A stretch of DNA of 64,000 nt. Origin: Pyrinomonadaceae bacterium (GTDB lineage: Bacteria; Acidobacteriota; Blastocatellia; Pyrinomonadales; Pyrinomonadaceae). Each line of letters opens with the position of its first letter. Position 1 is the first letter of the stretch. The position numbers and the translations under genes are program-made. Location: NCBI GenBank assembly GCA_036388775.1, contig DASVRD010000002.1, positions 1,482 through 65,481 on the forward strand, in the 5' to 3' direction. Shown here piece by piece: positions 56,475-64,000 of this stretch. The notes beneath the pieces are model-generated. The model was not told the DNA's origin, searched no databases, and worked only from the letters and a program-made list of their open reading frames with translations.

Positions 56475-57827
56475 ATGAGTTTACCTTTAGTTGCCATCAT
56501 CGGACGCCCTAATGTGGGGAAATCTACGCTGTTTAATCGCTTGACGAAAACGCGCAACGCGATTGTCGGGGACCAGCCGGGAATCACGCGCGACCGGATT
56601 TACGGTGAAGTCGAATGGCGCAGCGGGCGCTTTTCGCTTGTTGATACGGGCGGAATCGTGCCGGACGACGAAGCCGTGATTCCCAGCAATATCTTCAAAC
56701 AAGCCGAGTTCGCCATCGCCGAAGCGCAGGCGATAATCTGGGTTGTTGACGCGCGCGCCGGGATTACGTCGCTCGATCAGGAACTCGTGAAATTGCTGCG
56801 GATGACCGGAAAACCGATCATCGTCGCCGCCAACAAAGCCGAAACAAACCGCGTTGACCACGAGGCGCAGGAATTCGCGCAGTTCGGTTTCGACGCGATT
56901 ATGCCGGTTTCAGCCGAACACGGCGACGGAATCGGCGACCTTCTCGATCTGCTTTACGAAACTCTGGATTTCGCGACGGTTTCGGAAGAAAAAAAGCCGG
57001 ACGAAATCAATCTCGCTATTATCGGGCGTCCGAACGTCGGGAAATCTTCGCTTTTAAATAAATTATTGGGCGAAGAGCGCGTGATTGTCTCGCCGATTGC
57101 CGGAACGACGCGCGACGCGATTGACACGACATTCGAGTTTGAAAATCAGAAGTTTCGGTTGATTGACACAGCCGGAATTCGCCGCAAAGGCAAAACTACG
57201 GAAGCGGCGGAAAAAATGTCGGTGATTATGGCGCGCAAATCCCTGGAGCGCGCAGACATCGCCGTTGTCGTCATTGACGCGACCGAAGGCGCGACGAATC
57301 TAGACGCAAACATTGCCGGATATGCGATTGACGAAGGCTGCGGCGTGATTTTGGCGATTAATAAATGGGATTTGATTGCCGACAAAGAAACCAACACCGC
57401 GCTCGAATTTGAACGGCAATTGCGCGACCAGATGAAATTCCTGGATTTCGCGCCCGTTGTCACGATTTCCGCATTATTGGGACAGCGAGTTTCAAAAATT
57501 CTGCCGCTCGCCGTGCAAATCAATGAGGCGAGACATCTCCGCGTGCCGACTTCAAAGCTCAACAAGTTTTTTGAAGAAACAATCTCGCAGCCGCGCGGCG
57601 GCGGAACGCCCGCGCCCGTTAAAGGCGGCTTTTCGCGTCTGCACATTCAATATTTAACCCAAGTCGGAGTTCGTCCGCCGACTTTTCTTTTATTTACTTC
57701 GGGCGGCAAAGCCGGGCTGCATTTTTCTTACACGCGCTATCTGGAAAATCGCCTGCGTGAGGAGTTTGAATTTTTCGGAACTCCGATTAAATTAGTTGAG
57801 CGTCACAAAATGCGTAATAAAAAGTAA
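56475..57827 (+). CDS. der: ribosome-associated GTPase Der (EngA), two GTPase domains + KH-like domain
   Basis: 450 aa. GRPNVGKSTLFN and GRPNVGKSSLLN P-loops, DTGG/DTAG, NKAE/NKWD. Confidence 0.95.
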   Translation: MSLPLVAIIGRPNVGKSTLFNRLTKTRNAIVGDQPGITRDRIYGEVEWRSGRFSLVDTGGIVPDDEAVIPSNIFKQAEFAIAEAQAIIWVVDARAGITSLDQELVKLLRMTGKPIIVAANKAETNRVDHEAQEFAQFGFDAIMPVSAEHGDGIGDLLDLLYETLDFATVSEEKKPDEINLAIIGRPNVGKSSLLNKLLGEERVIVSPIAGTTRDAIDTTFEFENQKFRLIDTAGIRRKGKTTEAAEKMSVIMARKSLERADIAVVVIDATEGATNLDANIAGYAIDEGCGVILAINKWDLIADKETNTALEFERQLRDQMKFLDFAPVVTISALLGQRVSKILPLAVQINEARHLRVPTSKLNKFFEETISQPRGGGTPAPVKGGFSRLHIQYLTQVGVRPPTFLLFTSGGKAGLHFSYTRYLENRLREEFEFFGTPIKLVERHKMRNKK

Positions 57828-57837
57828 GTTTTCACCG

Positions 57838-57919
57838 CCGAGACGCAGAGACGCAGAGAGAAGTTAAAGAGAAAAAATAAAGAGTTTAATTTTGTTTTCT
57901 CTGCGTCTCTGCGTCTCGG
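57838..57919. repeat. heptamer-array hairpin element (GCAGAGA type)
   Basis: ccgagacgcagagacgcagaga (57838-57859) is the perfect 22-bp complement of tctctgcgtctctgcgtctcgg (57898-57919), with a 38-nt A-rich loop. It starts 11 nt after the der stop and ends 12 nt before the next start. Confidence 0.85.
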
Positions 57920-57931
57920 TGGTTAAAAATT

Positions 57932-59404
57932 GTGGAAATAGTTTTGTTGGTTGCAAGATTGATTCTCGCCGCTGTTTTCGCAGTTGCCGGAATTGCCAAA
58001 CTCTTTGACCGCGCGGGCAGCGAAAAGGCGATTGTTGATTTTGGAGTTCCCGAATCAATTGCCAAGCCTTTGAGTTTGCTGTTGCCACTGGCGGAAATTG
58101 CGACCGCGATTTTGCTGCTGCCGCTTGCGACGGCTTGGTTCGGGGCAGTTTCAGCGCTCGCGCTGCTGCTCGTTTTTGTCGGCGGCATCGCTTACAATTT
58201 TGCGCGCGGAAACACGCCGGATTGTCATTGTTTCGGGCAAATTCATTCGGAGCCGGTCGGCTGGTCAACTTTAATTAGAAATTCGATTTTAGCCGCAATC
58301 GCCGGTTTTCTGGTTTTTGCAGGGCGCGAAACGGCGGGCGCGAGCGCGTTTGCATGGCTCGATGATTTAAACGCGGCTGAAAAAATGAATTTAATTTTCG
58401 GCGTTTTAACAATCGGCTTGCTCGCGTTTGTCGCTTTTAAGCTCAAAAGCATTCAGGCGCAACAGATCGTTTTGCAAAGACACATCGAATTGCTTCAATT
58501 AGGCGAAGGCTCTGCGGCAGTAGAACACGAACACGCCGCGCCGCCCGCCGAAGGTCTTCCGCTCGGCGCGCTGCTTCCCGCTTTTTCTTTGCCGGACACA
58601 AACGGCAAACAATTTGTGACCGAAGATTTATTGAAAACAAACAAGCCTTCGCTCTTGTTTTTTGTCAGCCCAAGCTGTAAACCCTGCGCGGGGCTGTTGC
58701 CGGAAATCGAAGATTGGCGGCGACAGTTCGGCGAAAAAATAAATTTCGTCTTTTTTAGTTCGGGCGCGGCAAAGGAAAACGTCGAAAAATTCGGCTCGGA
58801 TAAAATCGTGCTGCTCCAAAAAGACAACGAAACGATGACGCTTTTCCGCGCAAAATGGACTCCGACCGCAATACTGATCAATGCCGACGGTACTATCGGC
58901 AGTCGTTTGGCTACCGGCGATGGGGCGATTCGCGCTCTTGCGCAATCCATTCAACCGAATTTATCGAACGGTCACGTTCCGAAGAGCTTTTTAATTTCGC
59001 AAAACGGCTCGAAAATCGGAGAGCAAGCACCGGAATTTTCCCTGCAAAATCTGGACGGGAAACAGGTAAAATTAGAAGATTTTCGCGGCAAGAAAACTCT
59101 GCTTTTGTTTTGGGGAACAGCCTGTGGTTTTTGTCAGACGATGCTGCCGGATTTGCAAAAATGGGAACGTCAAGCTAACCGAGCCGCCGAATTAGTCGTG
59201 GTTTCGCGCGGCGAAATTGAAACAAATCGGAAACAAAATCTGAAGTCGCCGATTTTGCTCGAACAAGCCACCGAAATCCAAAATCTGTTCGGCGCAAACG
59301 GAACGCCGACCGGAGTAATAATTGATGAAGACGGAAAAATCGCTTCGGACGTAGCTGTCGGTGCCGATGAAGTTTTCGCTCTCGTTGGAGAATATAAAAG
59401 ATAG
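57932..59404 (+). CDS. MauE/DoxX-like membrane domain fused to two thioredoxin-fold (TlpA/redoxin-like) domains
   Basis: 490 aa. 4-5 N-terminal TM helices with PDCHCFG. Two CxxC domains: FFVSPSCKPCAGL and LFWGTACGFCQTM. Confidence 0.75.
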   Translation: MEIVLLVARLILAAVFAVAGIAKLFDRAGSEKAIVDFGVPESIAKPLSLLLPLAEIATAILLLPLATAWFGAVSALALLLVFVGGIAYNFARGNTPDCHCFGQIHSEPVGWSTLIRNSILAAIAGFLVFAGRETAGASAFAWLDDLNAAEKMNLIFGVLTIGLLAFVAFKLKSIQAQQIVLQRHIELLQLGEGSAAVEHEHAAPPAEGLPLGALLPAFSLPDTNGKQFVTEDLLKTNKPSLLFFVSPSCKPCAGLLPEIEDWRRQFGEKINFVFFSSGAAKENVEKFGSDKIVLLQKDNETMTLFRAKWTPTAILINADGTIGSRLATGDGAIRALAQSIQPNLSNGHVPKSFLISQNGSKIGEQAPEFSLQNLDGKQVKLEDFRGKKTLLLFWGTACGFCQTMLPDLQKWERQANRAAELVVVSRGEIETNRKQNLKSPILLEQATEIQNLFGANGTPTGVIIDEDGKIASDVAVGADEVFALVGEYKR

Positions 59405-59406
59405 AC

Positions 59407-59474
59407 TACAGAGATACAGAGGCACAGAGAGAAAATTAAAACAATAAACATCTCTGTATTTCTGTGTCTGTGTG
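59407..59474. repeat. heptamer-array hairpin element (ACAGAGA type), imperfect
   Basis: Left arm 59407-59430 (tacagagatacagaggcacagaga) pairs with right arm 59451-59474 (tctctgtatttctgtgtctgtgtg): 24 positions, 2 mismatches, 4 G-T pairs. It starts 3 nt after the stop codon, and the right arm overlaps the predicted tgt start. Confidence 0.65.
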
Positions 59475-60734
59475 TTGAAGTTTGTGGCGGATAAGGCAAT
59501 TGATTGGAAAGTCGCCGCGCGAGAGGGAAATGCGCGAGCCGGGATTTTAAGAACTCGTCGTTCGATTATCGAAACGCCGGTTTTTATGCCGGTCGGCACA
59601 CAAGGCACGGTTAAAGGAATTCGTTTTGAAACCCTCGAAAACGAACTTGATGCGCGTGTAATTCTGGGAAACACTTATCATCTCTGGCTGCGTCCCGGAA
59701 CTGAAATTTTGCGCGCGGTCGGTGGTTTGCATAAATTTAATTCGTGGAATCGCTCGATTTTGACCGATTCCGGCGGATTTCAAGTTTTTTCCCTCACGGA
59801 TTTAAGAAAATTAAAAGAAGAAGGCGTCGAGTTTCGCTCGCACATTGACGGCAGCCTCAGATTTTTATCGCCGGAAATCTCGATGGAGATTCAAGCCGCG
59901 CTCGGTTCCGAAATCGTGATGGTTTTGGACGAATGCCCGCCGGGACAAGCGGATTTCGATTTCGCCCGCAAAAGTCTGGAAATGACCGCGCGGTGGGCGG
60001 CGCGTTCAAAACAAAAATTTAACGAGCTGCAAGAAGCCGGAATGGATACGGGATTTATCGGAAAGGATGAAGGCGGAAGGATGAAGGATGAAAATGAAGA
60101 CAATTCATCTTTAATTCATCCTTCATCCTTCCGCCTTCATCCTTCAGATTTGAGCGGACGACAGGCTTTGTTCGGAATCGTTCAGGGCGCTTCGCATTTG
60201 CCTTTGCGCCGCGAAAGTTTGGAAAAGACTGTGGAAATCGGTTTTGACGGTTACGCTATCGGCGGTTTGAGCGTCGGCGAAGAAAAATCTGTGATGTATG
60301 ACACAATCGAATTTCTCGCGCCGCAAATGCCCGAAAATGCGCCGCGTTATTTGATGGGAGTCGGGACGCCGGAAGATTTGGTCGAAGCCGTTTTTCGCGG
60401 CGTTGATATGTTCGATTGCGTTATACCGACGAGAAACGGGCGAACCGGAACTGCGTTTACTTCGCGCGGCAAAATCAACATCCGCAACGCAAAACACGCG
60501 ACGGATTCCGCGCCGCTCGATGAAAGCTGCGATTGCGCGGTTTGTCGGCGACATTCGCGAGCGTTTTTGCGGCATTTATATCAGACCGGAGAAATGCTCG
60601 CGGCGATTTTGATCTCGCATCACAATCTGGCGTTCTTCCTTGACACGATGAAAAGAGTGCGTCATTCTATCCGACTTGGCATTTTCGGCGAATTCCGTCA
60701 AGACTTTCTCCGGCAAATTAAAGAAAGCGAATAA
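59472..60734 (+). CDS. tgt: tRNA-guanine transglycosylase (queuine tRNA-ribosyltransferase) carrying an about 40 aa insertion
   Basis: 420 aa. ETPVFMPVGTQGTVKG, LTDSGGFQVFSL, VLDEC, LFGIVQG, GYAIGGLSVGE, zinc site CDCAVCRRHSRAFLRH. Start uncertain (GTG 59472, TTG 59475 or GTG 59484). Confidence 0.9.
   Translation: MLKFVADKAIDWKVAAREGNARAGILRTRRSIIETPVFMPVGTQGTVKGIRFETLENELDARVILGNTYHLWLRPGTEILRAVGGLHKFNSWNRSILTDSGGFQVFSLTDLRKLKEEGVEFRSHIDGSLRFLSPEISMEIQAALGSEIVMVLDECPPGQADFDFARKSLEMTARWAARSKQKFNELQEAGMDTGFIGKDEGGRMKDENEDNSSLIHPSSFRLHPSDLSGRQALFGIVQGASHLPLRRESLEKTVEIGFDGYAIGGLSVGEEKSVMYDTIEFLAPQMPENAPRYLMGVGTPEDLVEAVFRGVDMFDCVIPTRNGRTGTAFTSRGKINIRNAKHATDSAPLDESCDCAVCRRHSRAFLRHLYQTGEMLAAILISHHNLAFFLDTMKRVRHSIRLGIFGEFRQDFLRQIKESE
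60063..60144. repeat. heptamer-array hairpin element (GGATGAA type) inside the tgt reading frame
   Basis: aaggatgaaggcggaaggatgaaggatgaa (60063-60092) is the exact reverse complement of ttcatccttcatccttccgccttcatcctt (60115-60144), with a 22-nt loop. It is translated in-frame as KDEGGRMKDENEDNSSLIHPSSFRLHPS. Confidence 0.9.
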
Positions 60735-60779
60735 AACCGGCGCAAAGACAGGCGCGCCGGTTTCCGTCATAAAATTGTT

Positions 60780-61076
60780 ATGGGCAAACAAATTACGGTC
60801 ATTGCTCGTCTTAAAGCCAAACCCGGACTTGAAAGCAGGCTCGAAGAGTTGGCAAAAGGCTTGATTGAACCGACGCGCGCCGAAGAGGGATGCGTCAATT
60901 ACGTTTTGCACCGCGATTTGGAAGACCCTGCGGTTTACTATTTTTACGAGAATTGGCGCTCTCAGGAAGATTTGGATTTGCATTTTCAAACGCCGCATCT
61001 CAAGCGCGCTTTGGAACTCGCGCCGGAAATTTTAGCCGAGCCGCTTAAATTGACCAGACTCGAAATGCTCGGCTAA
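60780..61076 (+). CDS. antibiotic-biosynthesis-monooxygenase (ABM/Dabb) domain protein
   Basis: 98 aa. ITVIARLKAKPG...EEGCVNYVLHRDLEDPAVYYFYENWRSQEDLDLHFQTPHLK is the typical ABM pattern. Confidence 0.75.
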   Translation: MGKQITVIARLKAKPGLESRLEELAKGLIEPTRAEEGCVNYVLHRDLEDPAVYYFYENWRSQEDLDLHFQTPHLKRALELAPEILAEPLKLTRLEMLG

Positions 61077-61096
61077 AAAGCGTAAGATTTTAAACG

Positions 61097-61402
61097 ATGG
61101 AAACGTTAGCAATTATTTTACAGGAAGGCGGAGGCGCGGCAGCGTTGCTTTTTCAGCTCGCGCCGTTTTTCCTGATTTTTATCGTCTTTTATTTTCTCGT
61201 TATCGCGCCGCAGCGCCGCCGGGCGCAGGAAATGCAGAATATGATCACCGAGTTGAAAATCAACGACACCGTTGTCACTAACGGCGGCGTGATCGGTAAA
61301 ATCAAAGAAATCAAAGACAAAAGTTTTATTATTCAAAGCGCCGACAAATCGTTTATCGAAATCGCTCGCTCGGCGGTTGTCGGAAAAGAAGTTGAACCGT
61401 AA
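61097..61402 (+). CDS. yajC: preprotein translocase subunit YajC
   Basis: 101 aa. One TM helix, YFLVIAPQRRRAQEMQNMITELKINDTVVTNGGVIGKI. Located just upstream of secD. Confidence 0.9.
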   Translation: METLAIILQEGGGAAALLFQLAPFFLIFIVFYFLVIAPQRRRAQEMQNMITELKINDTVVTNGGVIGKIKEIKDKSFIIQSADKSFIEIARSAVVGKEVEP

Positions 61403-61458
61403 ATCGTAAATCGTAAATCGCAAGTAGATGTTTATCTTGCGATTTACGATTTACGATT
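61402..61458. repeat. heptamer-array hairpin element (TAAATCG type) between yajC and secD
   Basis: aatcgtaaatcgtaaatcgcaag (61402-61424) is the perfect 23-bp complement of cttgcgatttacgatttacgatt (61436-61458), with an 11-nt loop. The left arm begins in the yajC stop codon (TAA 61400-61402), and the right arm ends 8 nt before the secD ATG. Confidence 0.9.
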
Positions 61459-61466
61459 CACTAAAA

Positions 61467-63143
61467 ATGAAGAAACGTAATATTTTAGTTCGATTTATCA
61501 TTATCGTCGCCGTCACCTTACTGGCGATTTACGCCGTTTTCGGACCTCGACGTGCCCCGGCAGCGGAAGATTTTACCTGGAACGGCATTAAAAACAATAT
61601 CGCCCAAAATATTCACCTCGGACTCGATTTAAAAGGAGGCACGCATCTTGTAATGCGCGTGCAAACCGAGCAATATTTGTCGAAACTGGCGGAGAATAAT
61701 GCCGAAGCCGCCAGGACTGCGGCAACCAAAGCGAATTTGCCCGTCGGCGAAGCCAGAGCCATTGCCGAACCAAATAACCGGAATTTTCAGGTTGTTTTAA
61801 ATACGACGGATGCGGCAAGGCAGCAGGAAATCGCCGATGCGGTGAAAAAAGAAGTTGATTTTAGTCTCTGGACGCAATCAACAACGGGTGATTCGATTGT
61901 CTGGTCGCTTCCTATTCAAGCCCAGGCGACGCTCAGCCGTCAGGCGGTAGATCAGGCAAAAGCGATTATTGACAGCCGCATCAACCGGCTCGGAGTCGCC
62001 GAACCGACGCTGCAAAATCATGGCGCTTCGGATTCGCACCAGCTTCTTTTGCAAATGCCGGGCGTGCAAGACCCGGAGCGAATCAAGAAAACTCTGACCG
62101 TCGAATCGCGTCTTGAGCTGATGAAAGTCGTCACGCCGAAAGGTCAATTTCAGACGTTTCCGACCGAAGACGCCGCCAAAGCGTCGCTCGGCGGCAACGT
62201 TCCGTCAAATCGCCGCGTTTTGCCGTATGTTGAGCGTGAAGACACGCCCGCGAATCAAAATGAACCGAAAGCTAAACCGACGACTTTTGTAGTTGTCGAA
62301 AATCCGCCGATTATTGACGGCAGCGAGCTGCGTGATGCGACGCCGTTCACGGCAGGCGGAAACAGCTATAACATCAACTTCAATTTGAAACCTTCGGGAG
62401 CGCAGAAATTCGGCGCCTGGACGGGCGCAAATATCGGCGAATATCTCGCCATTGTTTTAAACGGCGAAGTAAAGAGCGCGCCTGTAATCAGGGGACAAAT
62501 CTATGACACAGGGCAAATTGAAGGTCGTTTTACGCAGCAATCGGCGGAAGATTTAGCCGTCACGCTCAAATCCGGCGCGCTTCCCGCTCAAATCGAGTAT
62601 CAGGAAGAGCGCACCGTCGGACCGAGCCTCGGAGCGGATTCGATTCGCTCAGGAGTAACGGCTTCAGTCGCCGGGCTGCTATTCGTAATGGCGTTTATGC
62701 TCTTTTATTATCGCGGCGCGGGCGTAAATGCGGTGATCGCGCTGATTCTGAATATGCTGCTGACACTGGCGGCGCTCGTCTGGTTCGGCGCGACGCTGAC
62801 GCTGCCCGGAATCGCCGGTTTGATTTTGGGAATCGGAATGGCGGTTGACTCGAACGTGCTGATTTTTGAGCGCATCCGCGAAGAATGGCGCGCGGGGAAA
62901 ACCATTCCGCAAGCCGTTGATTTAGGTTTCGACCGGGCGTTTATTACAATTATTGACACGCACGTGACGACGATTATTTCTTCGTTACTGTTGTTTATTT
63001 TCGGAACCGGACCGATTCGCGGCTTCGCCATAACGCTGATTTTAGGGTTGTTGATTAACCTCTTCTCGGCAGTTTATGTGTCCCGCACAATTTTCATTTG
63101 GCTTTTGAGCCGCAAACAGCGTGTCGAGACGCTCAGCATCTAG
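61467..63143 (+). CDS. secD: protein translocase subunit SecD
   Basis: Track ORF starts at 61428 inside the hairpin; ATG 61467 (MKKRNILVRFIIIVAV) preferred. Large periplasmic domain, then the C-terminal 5-TM bundle with GIGMAVDSNVLIFERIREE. Confidence 0.9.
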   Translation: MKKRNILVRFIIIVAVTLLAIYAVFGPRRAPAAEDFTWNGIKNNIAQNIHLGLDLKGGTHLVMRVQTEQYLSKLAENNAEAARTAATKANLPVGEARAIAEPNNRNFQVVLNTTDAARQQEIADAVKKEVDFSLWTQSTTGDSIVWSLPIQAQATLSRQAVDQAKAIIDSRINRLGVAEPTLQNHGASDSHQLLLQMPGVQDPERIKKTLTVESRLELMKVVTPKGQFQTFPTEDAAKASLGGNVPSNRRVLPYVEREDTPANQNEPKAKPTTFVVVENPPIIDGSELRDATPFTAGGNSYNINFNLKPSGAQKFGAWTGANIGEYLAIVLNGEVKSAPVIRGQIYDTGQIEGRFTQQSAEDLAVTLKSGALPAQIEYQEERTVGPSLGADSIRSGVTASVAGLLFVMAFMLFYYRGAGVNAVIALILNMLLTLAALVWFGATLTLPGIAGLILGIGMAVDSNVLIFERIREEWRAGKTIPQAVDLGFDRAFITIIDTHVTTIISSLLLFIFGTGPIRGFAITLILGLLINLFSAVYVSRTIFIWLLSRKQRVETLSI

Positions 63144-63144
63144 T

Positions 63145-63211
63145 AGTTCAAGGTTCAAAGTTCAAGGTTCAAAGTTATTTGCTTTCAACCTTGAACTTTG
63201 AACCTTGAACT
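63145..63211. repeat. heptamer-array hairpin element (RGTTCAA type) between secD and secF
   Basis: agttcaaggttcaaagttcaaggtt (63145-63169) is the perfect 25-bp complement of aaccttgaactttgaaccttgaact (63187-63211). Further 7-mer units extend to 63218 and allow slipped registers. It starts 2 nt after the secD stop. Confidence 0.9.
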
Positions 63212-63224
63212 TTGAACTTTTGGA

Positions 63225-64000
63225 ATGATAGAGATTTTTCACAAAATTAACGTTGACTGGATGGGGAAGCGGCATCTTTTTATCGCCCTCTCAGTTGTGA
63301 TTTTATTGGCGGGATTAGCGTCCTCAATCGGTCGTGAAGTCCTTCCCGGCGGAACCGATGCTTTTAATCTCGGCGTTGATTTTCAGGGCGGAACCGTCGT
63401 AACGGCTAAATTTAGAGAAAAACCGGCAGATGAACAAATCCGCACGGCTCTGCAAAATGCCAATGTTTCCGACGCGGTTATTCAAAATTCGCTCGATAAA
63501 CAGGATGAAGTTTTAATTAAAGTACCGCTTATCGGAGCTACGGAAGATGCGAGTGCCGAGGAACAGCGCGCACAGGTTGATGCCGGTCGCGCGCGAGTCA
63601 AACAGGCGCTCGACACCTTTGGAAAAGAAGCCGCCGTTGATCTGGGTTCTGAGTCGGACGCTGTTTATAAAATTGTCGGAACCGACGCCGTGGGCGCGAT
63701 TGCCGGCAGCCAGCTTCGCAATCAGGCGGTCGCCGTCACTTTGCTCGGTCTTTTGGGGATTTTGCTTTTTATCGGATTTCGCTACGACTGGACTTACGGA
63801 ATGGGCGCGATTATCGCTGTTTTGCACGACGTGTTGATTACGCTCGCTTTCTTCTCGATTTTCCAATGGGAAATTGATTTGACCGTGATTGCGGCGCTGC
63901 TCACGCTGGTCGGTTTTTCCGTCAACGATACGATTGTTATTTTCGACCGCATTCGTGAAAATTTAAGTCTGAACCGCAAAGAATCGCTTTACACATTGAC
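63225..64000 (+). CDS. secF: protein translocase subunit SecF, partial (C-terminus right of the window)
   Basis: Not in the track (open at the window end). My translation from ATG 63225: MIEIFHKINVDWMGKRHLFIALSVVILLAG...GVDFQGGTVV...IIAVLHDVLITLAFFSIFQWEIDLTVIAALLTLVGFSVNDTIVIFDRIREN. Confidence 0.9.
   Translation, partial: MIEIFHKINVDWMGKRHLFIALSVVILLAGLASSIGREVLPGGTDAFNLGVDFQGGTVVTAKFREKPADEQIRTALQNANVSDAVIQNSLDKQDEVLIKVPLIGATEDASAEEQRAQVDAGRARVKQALDTFGKEAAVDLGSESDAVYKIVGTDAVGAIAGSQLRNQAVAVTLLGLLGILLFIGFRYDWTYGMGAIIAVLHDVLITLAFFSIFQWEIDLTVIAALLTLVGFSVNDTIVIFDRIRENLSLNRKESLYTL

Noticed and set aside
61428-61466. N-terminal extension of SecD (MFILRFTIYDSLK) and the antisense ORF 61118-61423 (MRFTIYDLRF...)
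   Set aside because: Both are translations of the TAAATCG hairpin arms. ATG 61467 gives a normal SecD N-terminal TM helix.
5129-63211. Could the heptamer arrays be a CRISPR array or CRISPR remnants?
   Set aside because: The units are 7 nt and directly tandem, with no spacers of 25-40 nt. The arrays are palindromic pairs scattered at gene ends. No cas genes are present in the window.
63145-63218. GGTTCAA strings resembling a tRNA T-arm (GGTTCRA)
   Set aside because: They are simply the repeated 7-mer unit. No acceptor or anticodon arm structure can be drawn, and the region folds as a single long hairpin.

Overview
A 64 kb bacterial chromosomal segment, about 45-50% GC by hand counts. Its domain repertoire (PD40/TolB-fused winged-helix regulator, CarboxypepD_reg tail, many PAS hybrid kinases) suggests an Acidobacteriota-like organism, but that is inference only. 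I support about 60 protein-coding genes and saw no rRNA, tRNA or CRISPR array. The content falls into these blocks: (1) a signalling cluster of two paralogous multi-PAS hybrid histidine kinases around two tandem Crp/Fnr regulators; (2) two LytS/LytTR two-component pairs; (3) an accessory-looking stretch at 21-27 kb with a CadC-like regulator, a diiron protein, two orphan proteins, a decayed IS200/Y1-transposase-like gene and secreted proteins of unknown function; (4) an orphan oppD/oppF ATPase pair with a Uma2 nuclease gene wedged between them; (5) a run of exported enzymes that includes a very AT-rich CfxA-like class A beta-lactamase flanked by NTF2-like paralogues; (6) a housekeeping block der-(MauE/thioredoxin)-tgt-(ABM)-yajC-secD-secF. 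The most unusual signal is a family of hairpin elements. Each arm is a short tandem array of a 7-mer, and the 7-mer differs between loci. They sit directly after stop codons and fill whole intercistronic gaps. One copy, a perfect 30-bp inverted repeat, is inserted in-frame inside tgt. All functional calls come from motif recognition by eye, with no database search run.
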